Origin: a virus
DNA length: 64,000 nucleotides
Strand: one strand, 5' to 3'
IMG/VR virus record: IMGVR_UViG_3300027869_000006
Location: 32,001 to 96,000 of that record
Position numbers and translations under genes: made by a program. This document shows, in pieces, positions 1 to 10,230 of the stretch. The notes under the pieces were generated by a model. It worked only from the letters and a program-made list of their open reading frames with translations. It made no database searches and had not been told where the DNA came from. Within the stretch, counting starts at the first letter, position 1; each line of letters starts with the position of its first letter.

Positions 1-5
1 CCAAC

Positions 6-1865
6 ATGATCCATGATGCCCTTGGATTCCTGGCAGGGGCGATTGGGGTTGTCTCCAGTGTACTGGGAACATTGATCGGCTGGGTTGGCGACTTCGTGGG
101 GGGGCTGGAAAAGGGCAATCCCCTGGCGGTGGCACTTGGCATTGCGCTGGTGACGGTTGGCACGGCTATTGCGGGTATCAAGCTGACGGAGTTTGTGCTT
201 GGGCTCCAGAACGCCTTTACGCAGGCTGGCGGACTCAGCGGTATCCTGGAGAAATTTATCAGTGATACCTTCCCCAATCTCGCTCGCTCCCTCGGCCTGG
301 TCAAGACGGCTGAAGTTGAGGTCGGAACCACCGCCGAAACGACGATGGCCGAGGGAGTGGCCACGGGGGCGACGGCGGCAGAGGCTTCCCTCGCGGGTAT
401 CGGTACTACTGCCGAAACCACGATGGCTGAAGGGGTCGCTACGGGGGCGGTAGAGTCAGTAACTTCGCTCGCGGAAGTCGGGACACAGGCAGAGATCACC
501 GCCGATACCGTCAAGACCTCCTCACTGAGTATGGCCGCATCCATTGGCTTGATTGGGGGCGCGATTGGACTCGTCCTGGTTGCTATCCCGCTCATCCAAC
601 AAGGGCTCGCTGCCACCAAACAGAATATGGATGATACCGCCAAAGGCTTGAGTACGCAGATTGATGCCGCTGCCTCCAAGATTCATGACTCCTTTATCCC
701 GGAAATAGCGAACGTCAATACCATGTCGGTGGCCCAGATCAGTGACATGAAAGCGAAGATCGTCAGTGAATTGGAACAAATCACCGGCAAGAGTCAGAGT
801 GATGCCGAAAAAATGGCGAATGACTGGATTTATGGGACACAACAAATGCAGACCCAGGTGTCTGCCAATCTTGCCACCATGTCACAGCAGGCCATCCAAT
901 CCGCGCAGCAACTCGTCAGTGGCGTCGAGCAGGCCCTCGCACAAATGCAGACCAATTCCGCCTCTGATATGGAGAGCATGAAGGAAGGCATCACCTCAGA
1001 ACTGATCTCAACCTACCATCTCTCCTATAGCACCGCGACCCAGATGTCAAGCCAGTGGAGCGCTGAACTGCAAAAGATGCAGAATGCCTCCCCGCAGCAG
1101 ATGGCCAGTATGCGCCAGCAGATGATTGATGAGCTTCAGAAAACGCTTGGGCTTTCCACCCAGGACGCCACGAACATGGCCGATCAGTGGATTGCCCAGG
1201 TCATGCGTGAGAAAGATCAGACCACCTATAACGTCATGCAACTGCATGACCAGGTTGCCCAACAACTCCAAGATACCGAGCACCTTTCAGCCTCAGCGGC
1301 GTCATCGATGGCCGATCAGGTCATTGGATCAGTCCAACATATGAAGGATATGGGCATCTCCGATACCGTCGCCATGAAGATTGCCATCGCGGAGGTCATG
1401 CAACAGATTACGGGCAATGCCCAGACATGGGGCGCGGATATGCTCAATGCCTACGCGGCGGGCATTGAGGCACAAATCCCCAACCTCCAACAATCGGTCG
1501 GGCAAGTCGCCCACCTGGTGCAGGCCAATCTGGGGTATTCCCTGCCAACGGAAGGAGTCCTGGCACACTCCGATGAGTGGATGCCTGACTTCGGCGACCT
1601 CCTTACACAAGGTCTGCTTGCCCAACAGCCAAAGATCAAGGCTGCCTCATCGGTGCTTGCCACCGCATTTGCTCCCCTGTTTCCTTCCGGGGGTCCTCTT
1701 CTTCCCTACCTTCCATCTATTGGAGGATACCAGGCAGCTCAGATGGCCGCCTCGAGTGGAGCAGGCGGGGTCATTGAAAATCATGTGTACATCATCCTGG
1801 ACAGCGAGCAGATTGGACACAGCGTGGTTCGCAATGCCCAACTACGGACAGGGATGAGGGTGTAG
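6..1865 (+). CDS. Phage tail tape measure protein (C-terminal part; probably starts before the window)
   Basis: Long Ala/Gln/Met-rich helical protein with periodic W residues, an internal repeat GTTAETTMAEGVATGA x2 and a TMP-like C-terminus (HVYIILDSEQIG); lies directly upstream of tail genes. Confidence 0.8.
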   Translation: MIHDALGFLAGAIGVVSSVLGTLIGWVGDFVGGLEKGNPLAVALGIALVTVGTAIAGIKLTEFVLGLQNAFTQAGGLSGILEKFISDTFPNLARSLGLVKTAEVEVGTTAETTMAEGVATGATAAEASLAGIGTTAETTMAEGVATGAVESVTSLAEVGTQAEITADTVKTSSLSMAASIGLIGGAIGLVLVAIPLIQQGLAATKQNMDDTAKGLSTQIDAAASKIHDSFIPEIANVNTMSVAQISDMKAKIVSELEQITGKSQSDAEKMANDWIYGTQQMQTQVSANLATMSQQAIQSAQQLVSGVEQALAQMQTNSASDMESMKEGITSELISTYHLSYSTATQMSSQWSAELQKMQNASPQQMASMRQQMIDELQKTLGLSTQDATNMADQWIAQVMREKDQTTYNVMQLHDQVAQQLQDTEHLSASAASSMADQVIGSVQHMKDMGISDTVAMKIAIAEVMQQITGNAQTWGADMLNAYAAGIEAQIPNLQQSVGQVAHLVQANLGYSLPTEGVLAHSDEWMPDFGDLLTQGLLAQQPKIKAASSVLATAFAPLFPSGGPLLPYLPSIGGYQAAQMAASSGAGGVIENHVYIILDSEQIGHSVVRNAQLRTGMRV

Positions 1866-1867
1866 AA

Positions 1868-4800
1868 ATGGTAGTTACCACAACAATTGGCTCAACCCCC
1901 GTCTCCTTGCTGAATGGTACGCCGCCAAGTCTGCATGATACGCTTGACCAACGCTCAACAATCCGTCTTGTGGTGATTGACAAAACAGGAACACTCCATT
2001 TTCAACCCATGCAACCCGTGACTATCACCGATAGTTACGCTGGTCGCCTGTTCACGGGCTACGTCAACGATGCGACGGAAACGAATCTCTCCCCGCAAAC
2101 CGCGATCACACATACTGTGACGTGTTTTGACCAACACTGGCTGGCCGATAAGCGCGTGGCATCCGGTGCCTCTGACGACGATGCCATGAGCAACCAGTAC
2201 GCTGGTGATAACGTCGTCTACTTGCTTGCGAACTACCTGGAAGCTGAGGGTGTCACGGCCTCGTATGCACAACGGCGCGAGAGTACGCTCACCGATTTTC
2301 AGGCAGGGACACTGACGAATGTGGTGGCGACCGACAACGTTGGTGATGGGGACCTGGAACTCTCGACGCAGGGGACGCCCGCAAGTACGACCTTTGGCAG
2401 TGGGTTCCGAGACTTTGTGACGGGCGCGACGCTCTCGAGTGTGGATTGCGCGGCAAGTGGGCAGCCCTTCTCGCAACTCAACCTGAAGGCATATAGCGCA
2501 CTCAAGTATAGCGGGACCAATGGCTCATCAAGCGCGGGCAATCTCGGCAATACCTACGCCTATTGGGAAGTGTGCAACGACGGCGCCACCGTGATTGCCT
2601 CGGGCGATACACTGCAATACGACGTGTGGATTTCCTCAACCAGTCCACTCATTCAAGGGGCCGTCGATTTCACCACCACCGATGGTATTGGCCTACGTGA
2701 CTTCCCCAATAACACGCAGGCAATGCATGACCAGAACTTTATCAAAGCGCATCCTGGCACCGATCTCTCCGGCTATGCCAACGATCAGTGGTATCACCGC
2801 ACGATTGATTTGACGCTCATGGCAGGCAAAACTATCTCGCACGTTGATCTCGCCTTTGAGGGCGATACCGGCGGCACGTACCTCGCCTATTTTCGCAACA
2901 TCTTCGTGTACAACAACAGTGGCGGCGTCAAGAAGACGGTCTTCGATAGCTCGCAACACGCCTATTCACCGCAACAACAGAGCATCAGTGGCAACTACCT
3001 GACGACTGATAATGGCTATACCAACCTCTCAGTGATGTTTGTGACGGTCTATGACCAAGTGGGGACCTGGATCAGTCCGGCTCTGAGTATTGATGCCGCC
3101 AAACTGGTGCGGGCAAGCCTGCTCAGTTGGACAACGAGCATGGCGGCGACCACAACTGCCGCGAGTCTTGCCAGTGGCATGGCTTCCCCCAATGTGCCTG
3201 CCGGTACTACGCTCACCTTGTACACGAGCATCGACAATAAGGCGACGTGGCAGGCAGCAACCTTTGAGTCTCCCATTCCAAATCTCTCTGGTGGCTTCAA
3301 CGTGACCAATAGGAGTATGTACGTCAAGGCGGTATTCGCCATCGCCAACCCAAGTCCTGAACTCTCACCGATCCTCACCGCTTTGCAAGCGACCGTTTCG
3401 AGTTCCTGGTCGCAAGTGAAAACCGATAGCATCACGACCGCAGGAGTCCAGGGAGATTTCAACACCGGCAACTATACGAATACCGCCTGGTATAGTGACC
3501 CGGGTGGGGCAAATACGAACCTCTTTCCATCGACTGATGTGGGTGTCACGCTCTCCGGCTATTGGACGGGATGGGATCGGCCTGATGGCACGATTGGCAA
3601 TGTGACGATCTATACGGCCCTTGCCACCACGAATGTCTATACGTGGTATCGGCAACTCAACATCTATGCGATATCCGGCGGGGATATCCGCGTGAAGCTC
3701 AACAATGCACCGAACCTGCAAAACTTTACGGCACAACTGAGTGTGGCTGTGCGTGAAGATGTGAGTCGGGAAAACGGCGTGGGTTTCGTGTATCGCACCA
3801 CGAACTGGGCCAATGCCAACGAGACGTGGGCCTATACGGTGATGCTGGAATTTAACGCGGGGATGGGTTCCACCTTTTCAGCCACGCCCTTTGTGCATGT
3901 GCAACTTGGACGGGCGAATAATGCCGGGACGACCACCGGGACCTATGTCAGTATTGCCGATGTGCTCCTCCCCTTTGTACCCAAAATCAATACCGTCTAT
4001 ACACTCAAAGTCGTCGTGAATGGGAACTCCCATAAGGTCTACGTCGATGACGTGCTGTGGATCAACGCGACCGACAGCACCTGGACAGCCTCCGGCGGAT
4101 TTGGCATTCGCTACTACAACGCCAGTGGGAATGGCTATACCGGCATCTATGACAACTTTGGGGTCGTGCAAAGTCTGTCCGGCCAATGGGATAACGGCTC
4201 AGGTATCGTCCTTGGCTCAGGCATTGGCACGGTCGGCAATTCCCTGGTTGCCTGGGATGCGGATGTACCGTCGGGTGGGACGCTCTCCGCGCTCACCAGC
4301 GTGGATGGTGGGGCTACCTGGCAATCGGCGACCAGTGGCAGCGCCATCCCCAACCTGGCACCAGGGACCAATACGGTGGGGAAATCCGTGCGGATCAAGT
4401 TCCTCCTTGGAGCCAACGCGCCCATTGTGACCCCCATTCTGAAGGGATGGACCATCTGGCTCACCAAACAAACCAACGCAGCAGGGAGCAGAGTCTCCCT
4501 TGGCCTTGACCTCTCAGCCGCCGGGCGTGCCGGGTCCACGCTCGTCAATTGGAATGGGGCAACCCCGCCTGGAACGAACATCTTCATCGATAGTGCGCCT
4601 GATAACACCACCTGGACGAACCTTGGCAGTGGCGCACAAGGCAACGCCCAAATCGCAGGCATACAGAGCCAACTCGACCCGATAGATGATACCTTTGACA
4701 GCAATACGAGTGGCTTCTATGTCTCGACCTTCCAGACCAATGGGACCACCGCCACCTGGGACTTCTCGACGGCGGTGCCTGCCACCTCATATATCAGTGC

Positions 4801-6283
4801 ATCAGGTGGGACGAATGCGTTCCTCTTGTATAACAGCCTGGTTGCCGATGATATCGACCTGGTGACCGACATGGGGCTCTCCGATGCCGGGGGTCTCGTG
4901 TGGCGCTTCGTCGATAGCAACAATTTCTATGACCTGGTGATTGGCGATGCCAGTTCCCCGACACCGAACACCGCGACACTCTGCAAAGTGACCAACACTG
5001 TGCGTGCGACGCTCGCGACCGCGACGCTCTCATGGGTACGTGGCGTGCCGCACAGGATATGCGTGCTGATGCTCGGCGGGTCCATGACGGTTTCCTTCGA
5101 TGGAGTACAACTGCTCACCTACACCGATCACTTCCCACTGGCAGTCGGGCAATGCGGACTGCGTACCAGTACGGTCTCCGGGGCATCGGCGGCGCTCTTC
5201 TATCATTTCCGCGTGACGGCCCTGGGCGATAGTGTGGAGGGACTTGTGGCCTGGACGCAGGTACGTCTCACCAGCACCGATCCGACTGCCACGCCGCAAC
5301 TCTACGATATAACGACCTCGGTGCGTTCTCCCAACATCGGGACAGGGGCGCTCATTCCCAGCACCACGTATAGCGTGCTGAATGGCTCAACCAACACCAT
5401 TGCCACCGATGTAGATGATATGGCCAAACAGAGCAATTCCTGGTGGAAATTACGGTATGATCCCCTCACCGGTGCATCTGCCTCGATGTTCTTCCAATCG
5501 CACACGGCACAACTGGCACCCTTCCTGATTACTGGTGCCGATATTCTGCTGTCAAATAGTCCGGTCACCGTCAATCGTTCCGGTTCGCTCTATCGCAATA
5601 CGCCCTGGATACTCGGCGGCACGGATACGAGCCTCGTTGCGCCCGAAACCTTCAGGACGGATGGCTTTCGCCGCACGTTTACCTTGCAACATCCGGTCTC
5701 CTCACTGGTGGATATTACGGATGGCACGAAGGACTACACCTTTGGCGTGGCCGGTATCGATGTGGGCCGTGACTTCTACTACACCGTTGGCTCCTATGAT
5801 GTCCCGCAAGATGCAAGTGCATTGACACTTGCCCCTGGTCTTCAGTTGACCTTCACCTATAACGGGCAAACCAATGTGGTCGCCACGGTGAGCAATGCCT
5901 CAGAGATTGCCGCACAGGCGCAAATTGAGGGATCAGGCACCGGCATTGTGGAGGTGGCAGAGACGGCGCAAGGACTGACCAGTGCCGCCGCCGCCGCACT
6001 TGCCGCTTCACGTGAAACCATGTACACCGCCAAGCCCACGACGATCAACTTCACGACTCCACGAGGAGGGCTGGCGGTGGGACAACTCACGAGTGTCTTC
6101 CTGCCTCAACATGCACTTGTCGATTTTGAGTGTCTCATTACAGATATAGTCGTGACGTGGCGCAAGGACAACGGGATACCGGATCGTGGTTTTATCGACG
6201 CAACCCCTTACTTTACGATCACGGCAAGCAGCGGCTATCTGATGAATTCGTGGCAAACGACCCTTGCAGGGCTCGGTAGATAG
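1868..6283 (+). CDS. Large tail/baseplate-hub protein with inserted carbohydrate-binding beta-sandwich domains
   Basis: 1471 aa, directly after the TMP; hub-like N-terminus (LFTGYVNDATE) and C-terminus (GLAVGQLTSV, CLITDIVV); internal lectin-like segments (YTLKVVVNGNSHKVYVDD; GGFGIR). Confidence 0.65.
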   Translation: MVVTTTIGSTPVSLLNGTPPSLHDTLDQRSTIRLVVIDKTGTLHFQPMQPVTITDSYAGRLFTGYVNDATETNLSPQTAITHTVTCFDQHWLADKRVASGASDDDAMSNQYAGDNVVYLLANYLEAEGVTASYAQRRESTLTDFQAGTLTNVVATDNVGDGDLELSTQGTPASTTFGSGFRDFVTGATLSSVDCAASGQPFSQLNLKAYSALKYSGTNGSSSAGNLGNTYAYWEVCNDGATVIASGDTLQYDVWISSTSPLIQGAVDFTTTDGIGLRDFPNNTQAMHDQNFIKAHPGTDLSGYANDQWYHRTIDLTLMAGKTISHVDLAFEGDTGGTYLAYFRNIFVYNNSGGVKKTVFDSSQHAYSPQQQSISGNYLTTDNGYTNLSVMFVTVYDQVGTWISPALSIDAAKLVRASLLSWTTSMAATTTAASLASGMASPNVPAGTTLTLYTSIDNKATWQAATFESPIPNLSGGFNVTNRSMYVKAVFAIANPSPELSPILTALQATVSSSWSQVKTDSITTAGVQGDFNTGNYTNTAWYSDPGGANTNLFPSTDVGVTLSGYWTGWDRPDGTIGNVTIYTALATTNVYTWYRQLNIYAISGGDIRVKLNNAPNLQNFTAQLSVAVREDVSRENGVGFVYRTTNWANANETWAYTVMLEFNAGMGSTFSATPFVHVQLGRANNAGTTTGTYVSIADVLLPFVPKINTVYTLKVVVNGNSHKVYVDDVLWINATDSTWTASGGFGIRYYNASGNGYTGIYDNFGVVQSLSGQWDNGSGIVLGSGIGTVGNSLVAWDADVPSGGTLSALTSVDGGATWQSATSGSAIPNLAPGTNTVGKSVRIKFLLGANAPIVTPILKGWTIWLTKQTNAAGSRVSLGLDLSAAGRAGSTLVNWNGATPPGTNIFIDSAPDNTTWTNLGSGAQGNAQIAGIQSQLDPIDDTFDSNTSGFYVSTFQTNGTTATWDFSTAVPATSYISASGGTNAFLLYNSLVADDIDLVTDMGLSDAGGLVWRFVDSNNFYDLVIGDASSPTPNTATLCKVTNTVRATLATATLSWVRGVPHRICVLMLGGSMTVSFDGVQLLTYTDHFPLAVGQCGLRTSTVSGASAALFYHFRVTALGDSVEGLVAWTQVRLTSTDPTATPQLYDITTSVRSPNIGTGALIPSTTYSVLNGSTNTIATDVDDMAKQSNSWWKLRYDPLTGASASMFFQSHTAQLAPFLITGADILLSNSPVTVNRSGSLYRNTPWILGGTDTSLVAPETFRTDGFRRTFTLQHPVSSLVDITDGTKDYTFGVAGIDVGRDFYYTVGSYDVPQDASALTLAPGLQLTFTYNGQTNVVATVSNASEIAAQAQIEGSGTGIVEVAETAQGLTSAAAAALAASRETMYTAKPTTINFTTPRGGLAVGQLTSVFLPQHALVDFECLITDIVVTWRKDNGIPDRGFIDATPYFTITASSGYLMNSWQTTLAGLGR

Positions 6284-6292
6284 GAGAACACT

Positions 6293-7045
6293 ATGTTTAC
6301 AATTGCACGCTACGGTTGGCGTCCCGATGTGCCCGACCAAAGAGATCATCTCTACCGCGCCAAGCCACTGGTAGCACTCCCACCAAGCATCGATATGCGG
6401 GGGATGTGCCCGCCTGTCTACGATCAGGGGCAACTCGGCAGTTGCACGGCGAATGCCATCGCGGGGGCCATTGAGTTCAATCAGATCAAACAGAGCCTCC
6501 CGGAGTTTACCCCGTCACGCCTCTTCATCTACTTCAATGAGCGAGTGATTGAACATACGATCCACAGTGACGCGGGGGCCTCACTGCGGGATGGCATCAA
6601 GACGATTGCGAGTACGGGCGTGTGCGATGAGAAGGAGTGGCCCTATGTGATCCGTAAGTTTGCCAAACGCCCGATCCCTGTGTGCTACACGCTCGCCAAA
6701 ACCGACCTCGTGACCGGCTACACGAGGCTCGACAATACGCAACTTGACCAACTCAAATCGTGCCTGGCTTCGGGCTTTTGCTTCGTATTTGGGTTCACGG
6801 TCTATGAGAGCTTTGAAAGTCAGGTAGTCGCGAGTTCCGGCATCGTGCCTCTCCCCGCGTCCCAGGAGACAGTACTTGGCGGGCATGCTTGTGTGGCGGT
6901 CGGCTATGACGATGCGACCGGTCGGTTTACCGTGCGCAACTCATGGGGCGCGAGTTGGGGCACGGCAGGCTACTTTACCATCCCGTATCAGTATCTGAGC
7001 AGTAGCACACTCGCTGCTGACTTTTGGCAAATAAGCAGCAGCTAG
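6293..7045 (+). CDS. C1A papain-family cysteine peptidase
   Basis: Motifs DQGQLGSCTANA (catalytic Cys), GGHACVAVGYDD (His), VRNSWG (Asn); RBS AGGAG. Confidence 0.92.
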   Translation: MFTIARYGWRPDVPDQRDHLYRAKPLVALPPSIDMRGMCPPVYDQGQLGSCTANAIAGAIEFNQIKQSLPEFTPSRLFIYFNERVIEHTIHSDAGASLRDGIKTIASTGVCDEKEWPYVIRKFAKRPIPVCYTLAKTDLVTGYTRLDNTQLDQLKSCLASGFCFVFGFTVYESFESQVVASSGIVPLPASQETVLGGHACVAVGYDDATGRFTVRNSWGASWGTAGYFTIPYQYLSSSTLAADFWQISSS

Positions 7046-7062
7046 GAAGAGGAGGGGAACGC

Positions 7063-10000
7063 ATGACTTCAGTCATACACGGCTGGCCAACAATTGACGA
7101 TAATCCACTGGGGATCACCCACGGCGCATTTACGACGAAGCTGATTAATCCGCAACTGTTCACCGACGCGGTGGCACTCGGCGCGTCGCGTGTGCGGTTG
7201 CAGTTATCCATGATCCTGATCGAGCCGTCCAGTCTTAATTTCAATTGGGCCTATACCGATGATGCCTTCCAGAAGGCCAACGCCGCCGGGTTGCGGATTA
7301 CCTTTCCCTTGCGTGAGTTGAATGTCAAAGGCCCGACCAGCCCATCGTGGGCGGATTATTCCTCTCCGTGCAATCCTGGGGTCTCGTACTGGTTTGGCAA
7401 GGAGAGTAATTGGGCCGACTTTGCTGCAAAGTTTTGCCGCCGCTATAGTGGTGACGGCAACCCAGAAAACGCGATAGCGAATGATGGAAGTAAGCGACCC
7501 ATCTGGGTGGACAACATCGAAGTTGGGAATGAAGATTTCGATACCCACGGCGATCTGGTGAATTGCCGTAACCCCATGCGCTACGTGCTGATGGCGAGAA
7601 CCGTTGTGCCACGCATGCGCCTGGCTGTCTCGGCGGGCGGCGGCGGTTGGACACGAAGAATTGGGACATGGGGATGCTTCTGGCAGGATCAGACGCACAT
7701 CAAAAACGTGTATAACACCCTCGTCAATCCACCCACTGATGCCACCTACAATCCCGGCGGGGATCATACCGATGTACTCACCCTCTTTGATTATGTCAAC
7801 TTCCACAATTATCAGGTACCGGCCTACGGGGGAGGCTCCGCCCCCTATCGCATCGATACGGAACTGGACGACATCCGCGCGATCCTGAACGCCAATGGGC
7901 ATGCCCTCATGCCGATCTGGTGTACCGAGTTTGGGCAAACCGGCCCAGCCGGTGGGGCATCGCCGCAATCGCAGTCAGACTACTACAACACGAGCGGCGG
8001 CCTGGGCGCGCTCCGGACCCTCAAAAATCATGGTGCGCAGCACGCCGATCTCTACACATGCTCCTATGACGCGCCAAATGGTGGCTATCTCGGTGATACC
8101 AAAAGTATTGCCTGTCTCACCAGTGGCGGGACGCCCGTCCGTTTCCAGGCGTTCAGTACGGTGCAGACCTTCCTCAAAGTCGATAACGGCGCATGGGCCG
8201 CACGCGCCATTCCGCTCGGCTTTGGGAGTAGCGGCGGCGGCGGAACGGGCAGGTTTACCCTCACGCCCTCGACACTCTCCTTTGCCGCGACGGTCGGGGC
8301 GGGCAATCCCGCATCGCAACCCATCACCATCGATACTACTGGCACGCTCGACGGTACCTGGGGATTGGCAATCACCGGCGGCGCATGGCTCACGGCCTCC
8401 TCCTCGTCTGGTGCACTGAACGCGGGCGCAAGTACGAGCGTGAACCTCACCGCCGCAACAGGGAGCCTCACCGCCGCAACCTATACCGAGACGGTGACCG
8501 TGACCTTTACGCCAACGGGGCAGTCGCCGCTCACCGCGACCTGTACCGTCACCTTTGTGGTGTCGTCCTCCAGTGGCACGGTCTACTTTGCGAACCCGGG
8601 TGATAACCTCGTGACGAAGATCAACGCGCTAGTGCCTGGCGATACGCTCAACTTGAACGATGGAAGCTATACCGAAACACATTTGATGCTGATCTCTGGC
8701 GTGCATGGGACATCTGCACACCATATCACCATCCAAGCAACCAATGATGGGAAAGCCGTGGTTGACGGAAAGAACACCGGGTCGAATTATCCCTTGTATA
8801 TGGCAGATAGTACCTATGTCGATGTGCAGAGCATTATCTTTCAAAATTCTGGACCTGGCTCCGTCTATGAGTTTTTCGGCGCGACAGGCGGCGGCGTGAG
8901 CAATGTCAACATCCGGCGCTGCTCCGGCTATCACGCGGCTGGTGGCAACGACCACATCTATAACTTACTTGGCCCTGGCCTCAGTAATATCCTGATAGAA
9001 GATGGGGTCGCAAGTGGCCCTGGTCGCTATATGTTTTCGACGTATCACAACTCGACCATCATCTTCAGGCGCTGCTTTGCCTACTGGAATAAAATTACCG
9101 ATACCGCGCAAGAACCACGCTCGTGTTTTAATACCTATGGCAGCGATCATGTGACCTGGGAAAACTGTTATGGCATCAATGCCATCCCCTATCAAGCTGA
9201 AGCCCAACAAAATTATTACTCCGCGACCTTTCAAACATCGGATTCGACGAGCTTGCCAGATACAGCAACACAAGTGCTTGGCTGCATTTTCGTCAACAAC
9301 TACGAAGGCTATTACTTGAACGATCTAGGCGTTGGCAGTACGACCTTCAAGGATTGTTACTTTGAAACGCCGCCACCGGCCAATACGAGCTTCACGAACA
9401 AAGTCTTCGGAGACGGTTTCTATGACAATGGCAACGCGGGTAGCCATACGATCACCAATTGCACGTTTCGCAACTGCGTCACCGGGCTCAATCTCGCCTC
9501 CGGCAGTCAAGCCATCCCAGTGCTGAACAGTGTGTTCGTCGGCAACAAGACGGCCATCACCAATGACAACAGTCATACCTTCTGCGATTTCTTCGATAAC
9601 ACGGCCAACGGTGTCGCGCTCGCTGCCTCTGACCTCTCCGTTGATCCTGGGTACAACATCACGCTCTATGGACGCGGCGGCGCACTCTTTATTCCGAGCA
9701 GTTCGGCACTGGAAGGCGCGGGATCGGGCGGCGCGGATATCGGCGCGAATATTCTCTACCAGTACGTGAATGGGACACTCACGACCACGCCACTCTGGCC
9801 GTGGCCAATGGAAGGCCGGATCATGGCGGAACTCGGGATCAGTCCGACGTTTGCCGCAAATGGGGGCCTCTTCCTCACACTGTCAGGGCTCTATACGGGG
9901 GGTAGCGGTGGAGGTGGAGGAGGGAGCGGAGGTACCCTGACTGGCGCATTCACCGCCCTTGGAGCCGGAACCAGTGTCAATCTGACGGCGCTTGGTACGG

Positions 10001-10218
10001 CTGATTGGATGCATACCGGACTCACGAGTGCGTCCAGTGTGGATCACAAGAGTACCGGCGGATCGCAGATTACCGCGCCATCCATCGTCGGGAGCGGCAC
10101 GCCGGTGCAGAATACCATGGCCATCGTCTCGGCATCCTGGTCCGATGGCACACCTGATAGTAGCGCGGCCAGTACGACCACCGGGAGCAAAATGCTGCCA
10201 GGGCCTATTACGGGCTAG
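7063..10218 (+). CDS. Modular protein: clan GH-A glycoside hydrolase + BACON-like domain + right-handed beta-helix + half of a beta-sandwich domain
   Basis: EVGNE acid/base and PIWCTEFG nucleophile motifs; TLTPSTLSF...W-LTAS BACON-like segment; LVPGDTLNLNDGSY beta-helix start; start moved to ATG 7063 behind GAGGAGGGG. Confidence 0.7.
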   Translation: MTSVIHGWPTIDDNPLGITHGAFTTKLINPQLFTDAVALGASRVRLQLSMILIEPSSLNFNWAYTDDAFQKANAAGLRITFPLRELNVKGPTSPSWADYSSPCNPGVSYWFGKESNWADFAAKFCRRYSGDGNPENAIANDGSKRPIWVDNIEVGNEDFDTHGDLVNCRNPMRYVLMARTVVPRMRLAVSAGGGGWTRRIGTWGCFWQDQTHIKNVYNTLVNPPTDATYNPGGDHTDVLTLFDYVNFHNYQVPAYGGGSAPYRIDTELDDIRAILNANGHALMPIWCTEFGQTGPAGGASPQSQSDYYNTSGGLGALRTLKNHGAQHADLYTCSYDAPNGGYLGDTKSIACLTSGGTPVRFQAFSTVQTFLKVDNGAWAARAIPLGFGSSGGGGTGRFTLTPSTLSFAATVGAGNPASQPITIDTTGTLDGTWGLAITGGAWLTASSSSGALNAGASTSVNLTAATGSLTAATYTETVTVTFTPTGQSPLTATCTVTFVVSSSSGTVYFANPGDNLVTKINALVPGDTLNLNDGSYTETHLMLISGVHGTSAHHITIQATNDGKAVVDGKNTGSNYPLYMADSTYVDVQSIIFQNSGPGSVYEFFGATGGGVSNVNIRRCSGYHAAGGNDHIYNLLGPGLSNILIEDGVASGPGRYMFSTYHNSTIIFRRCFAYWNKITDTAQEPRSCFNTYGSDHVTWENCYGINAIPYQAEAQQNYYSATFQTSDSTSLPDTATQVLGCIFVNNYEGYYLNDLGVGSTTFKDCYFETPPPANTSFTNKVFGDGFYDNGNAGSHTITNCTFRNCVTGLNLASGSQAIPVLNSVFVGNKTAITNDNSHTFCDFFDNTANGVALAASDLSVDPGYNITLYGRGGALFIPSSSALEGAGSGGADIGANILYQYVNGTLTTTPLWPWPMEGRIMAELGISPTFAANGGLFLTLSGLYTGGSGGGGGGSGGTLTGAFTALGAGTSVNLTALGTADWMHTGLTSASSVDHKSTGGSQITAPSIVGSGTPVQNTMAIVSASWSDGTPDSSAASTTTGSKMLPGPITG

Positions 10219-10230
10219 AGGGAGAGAACG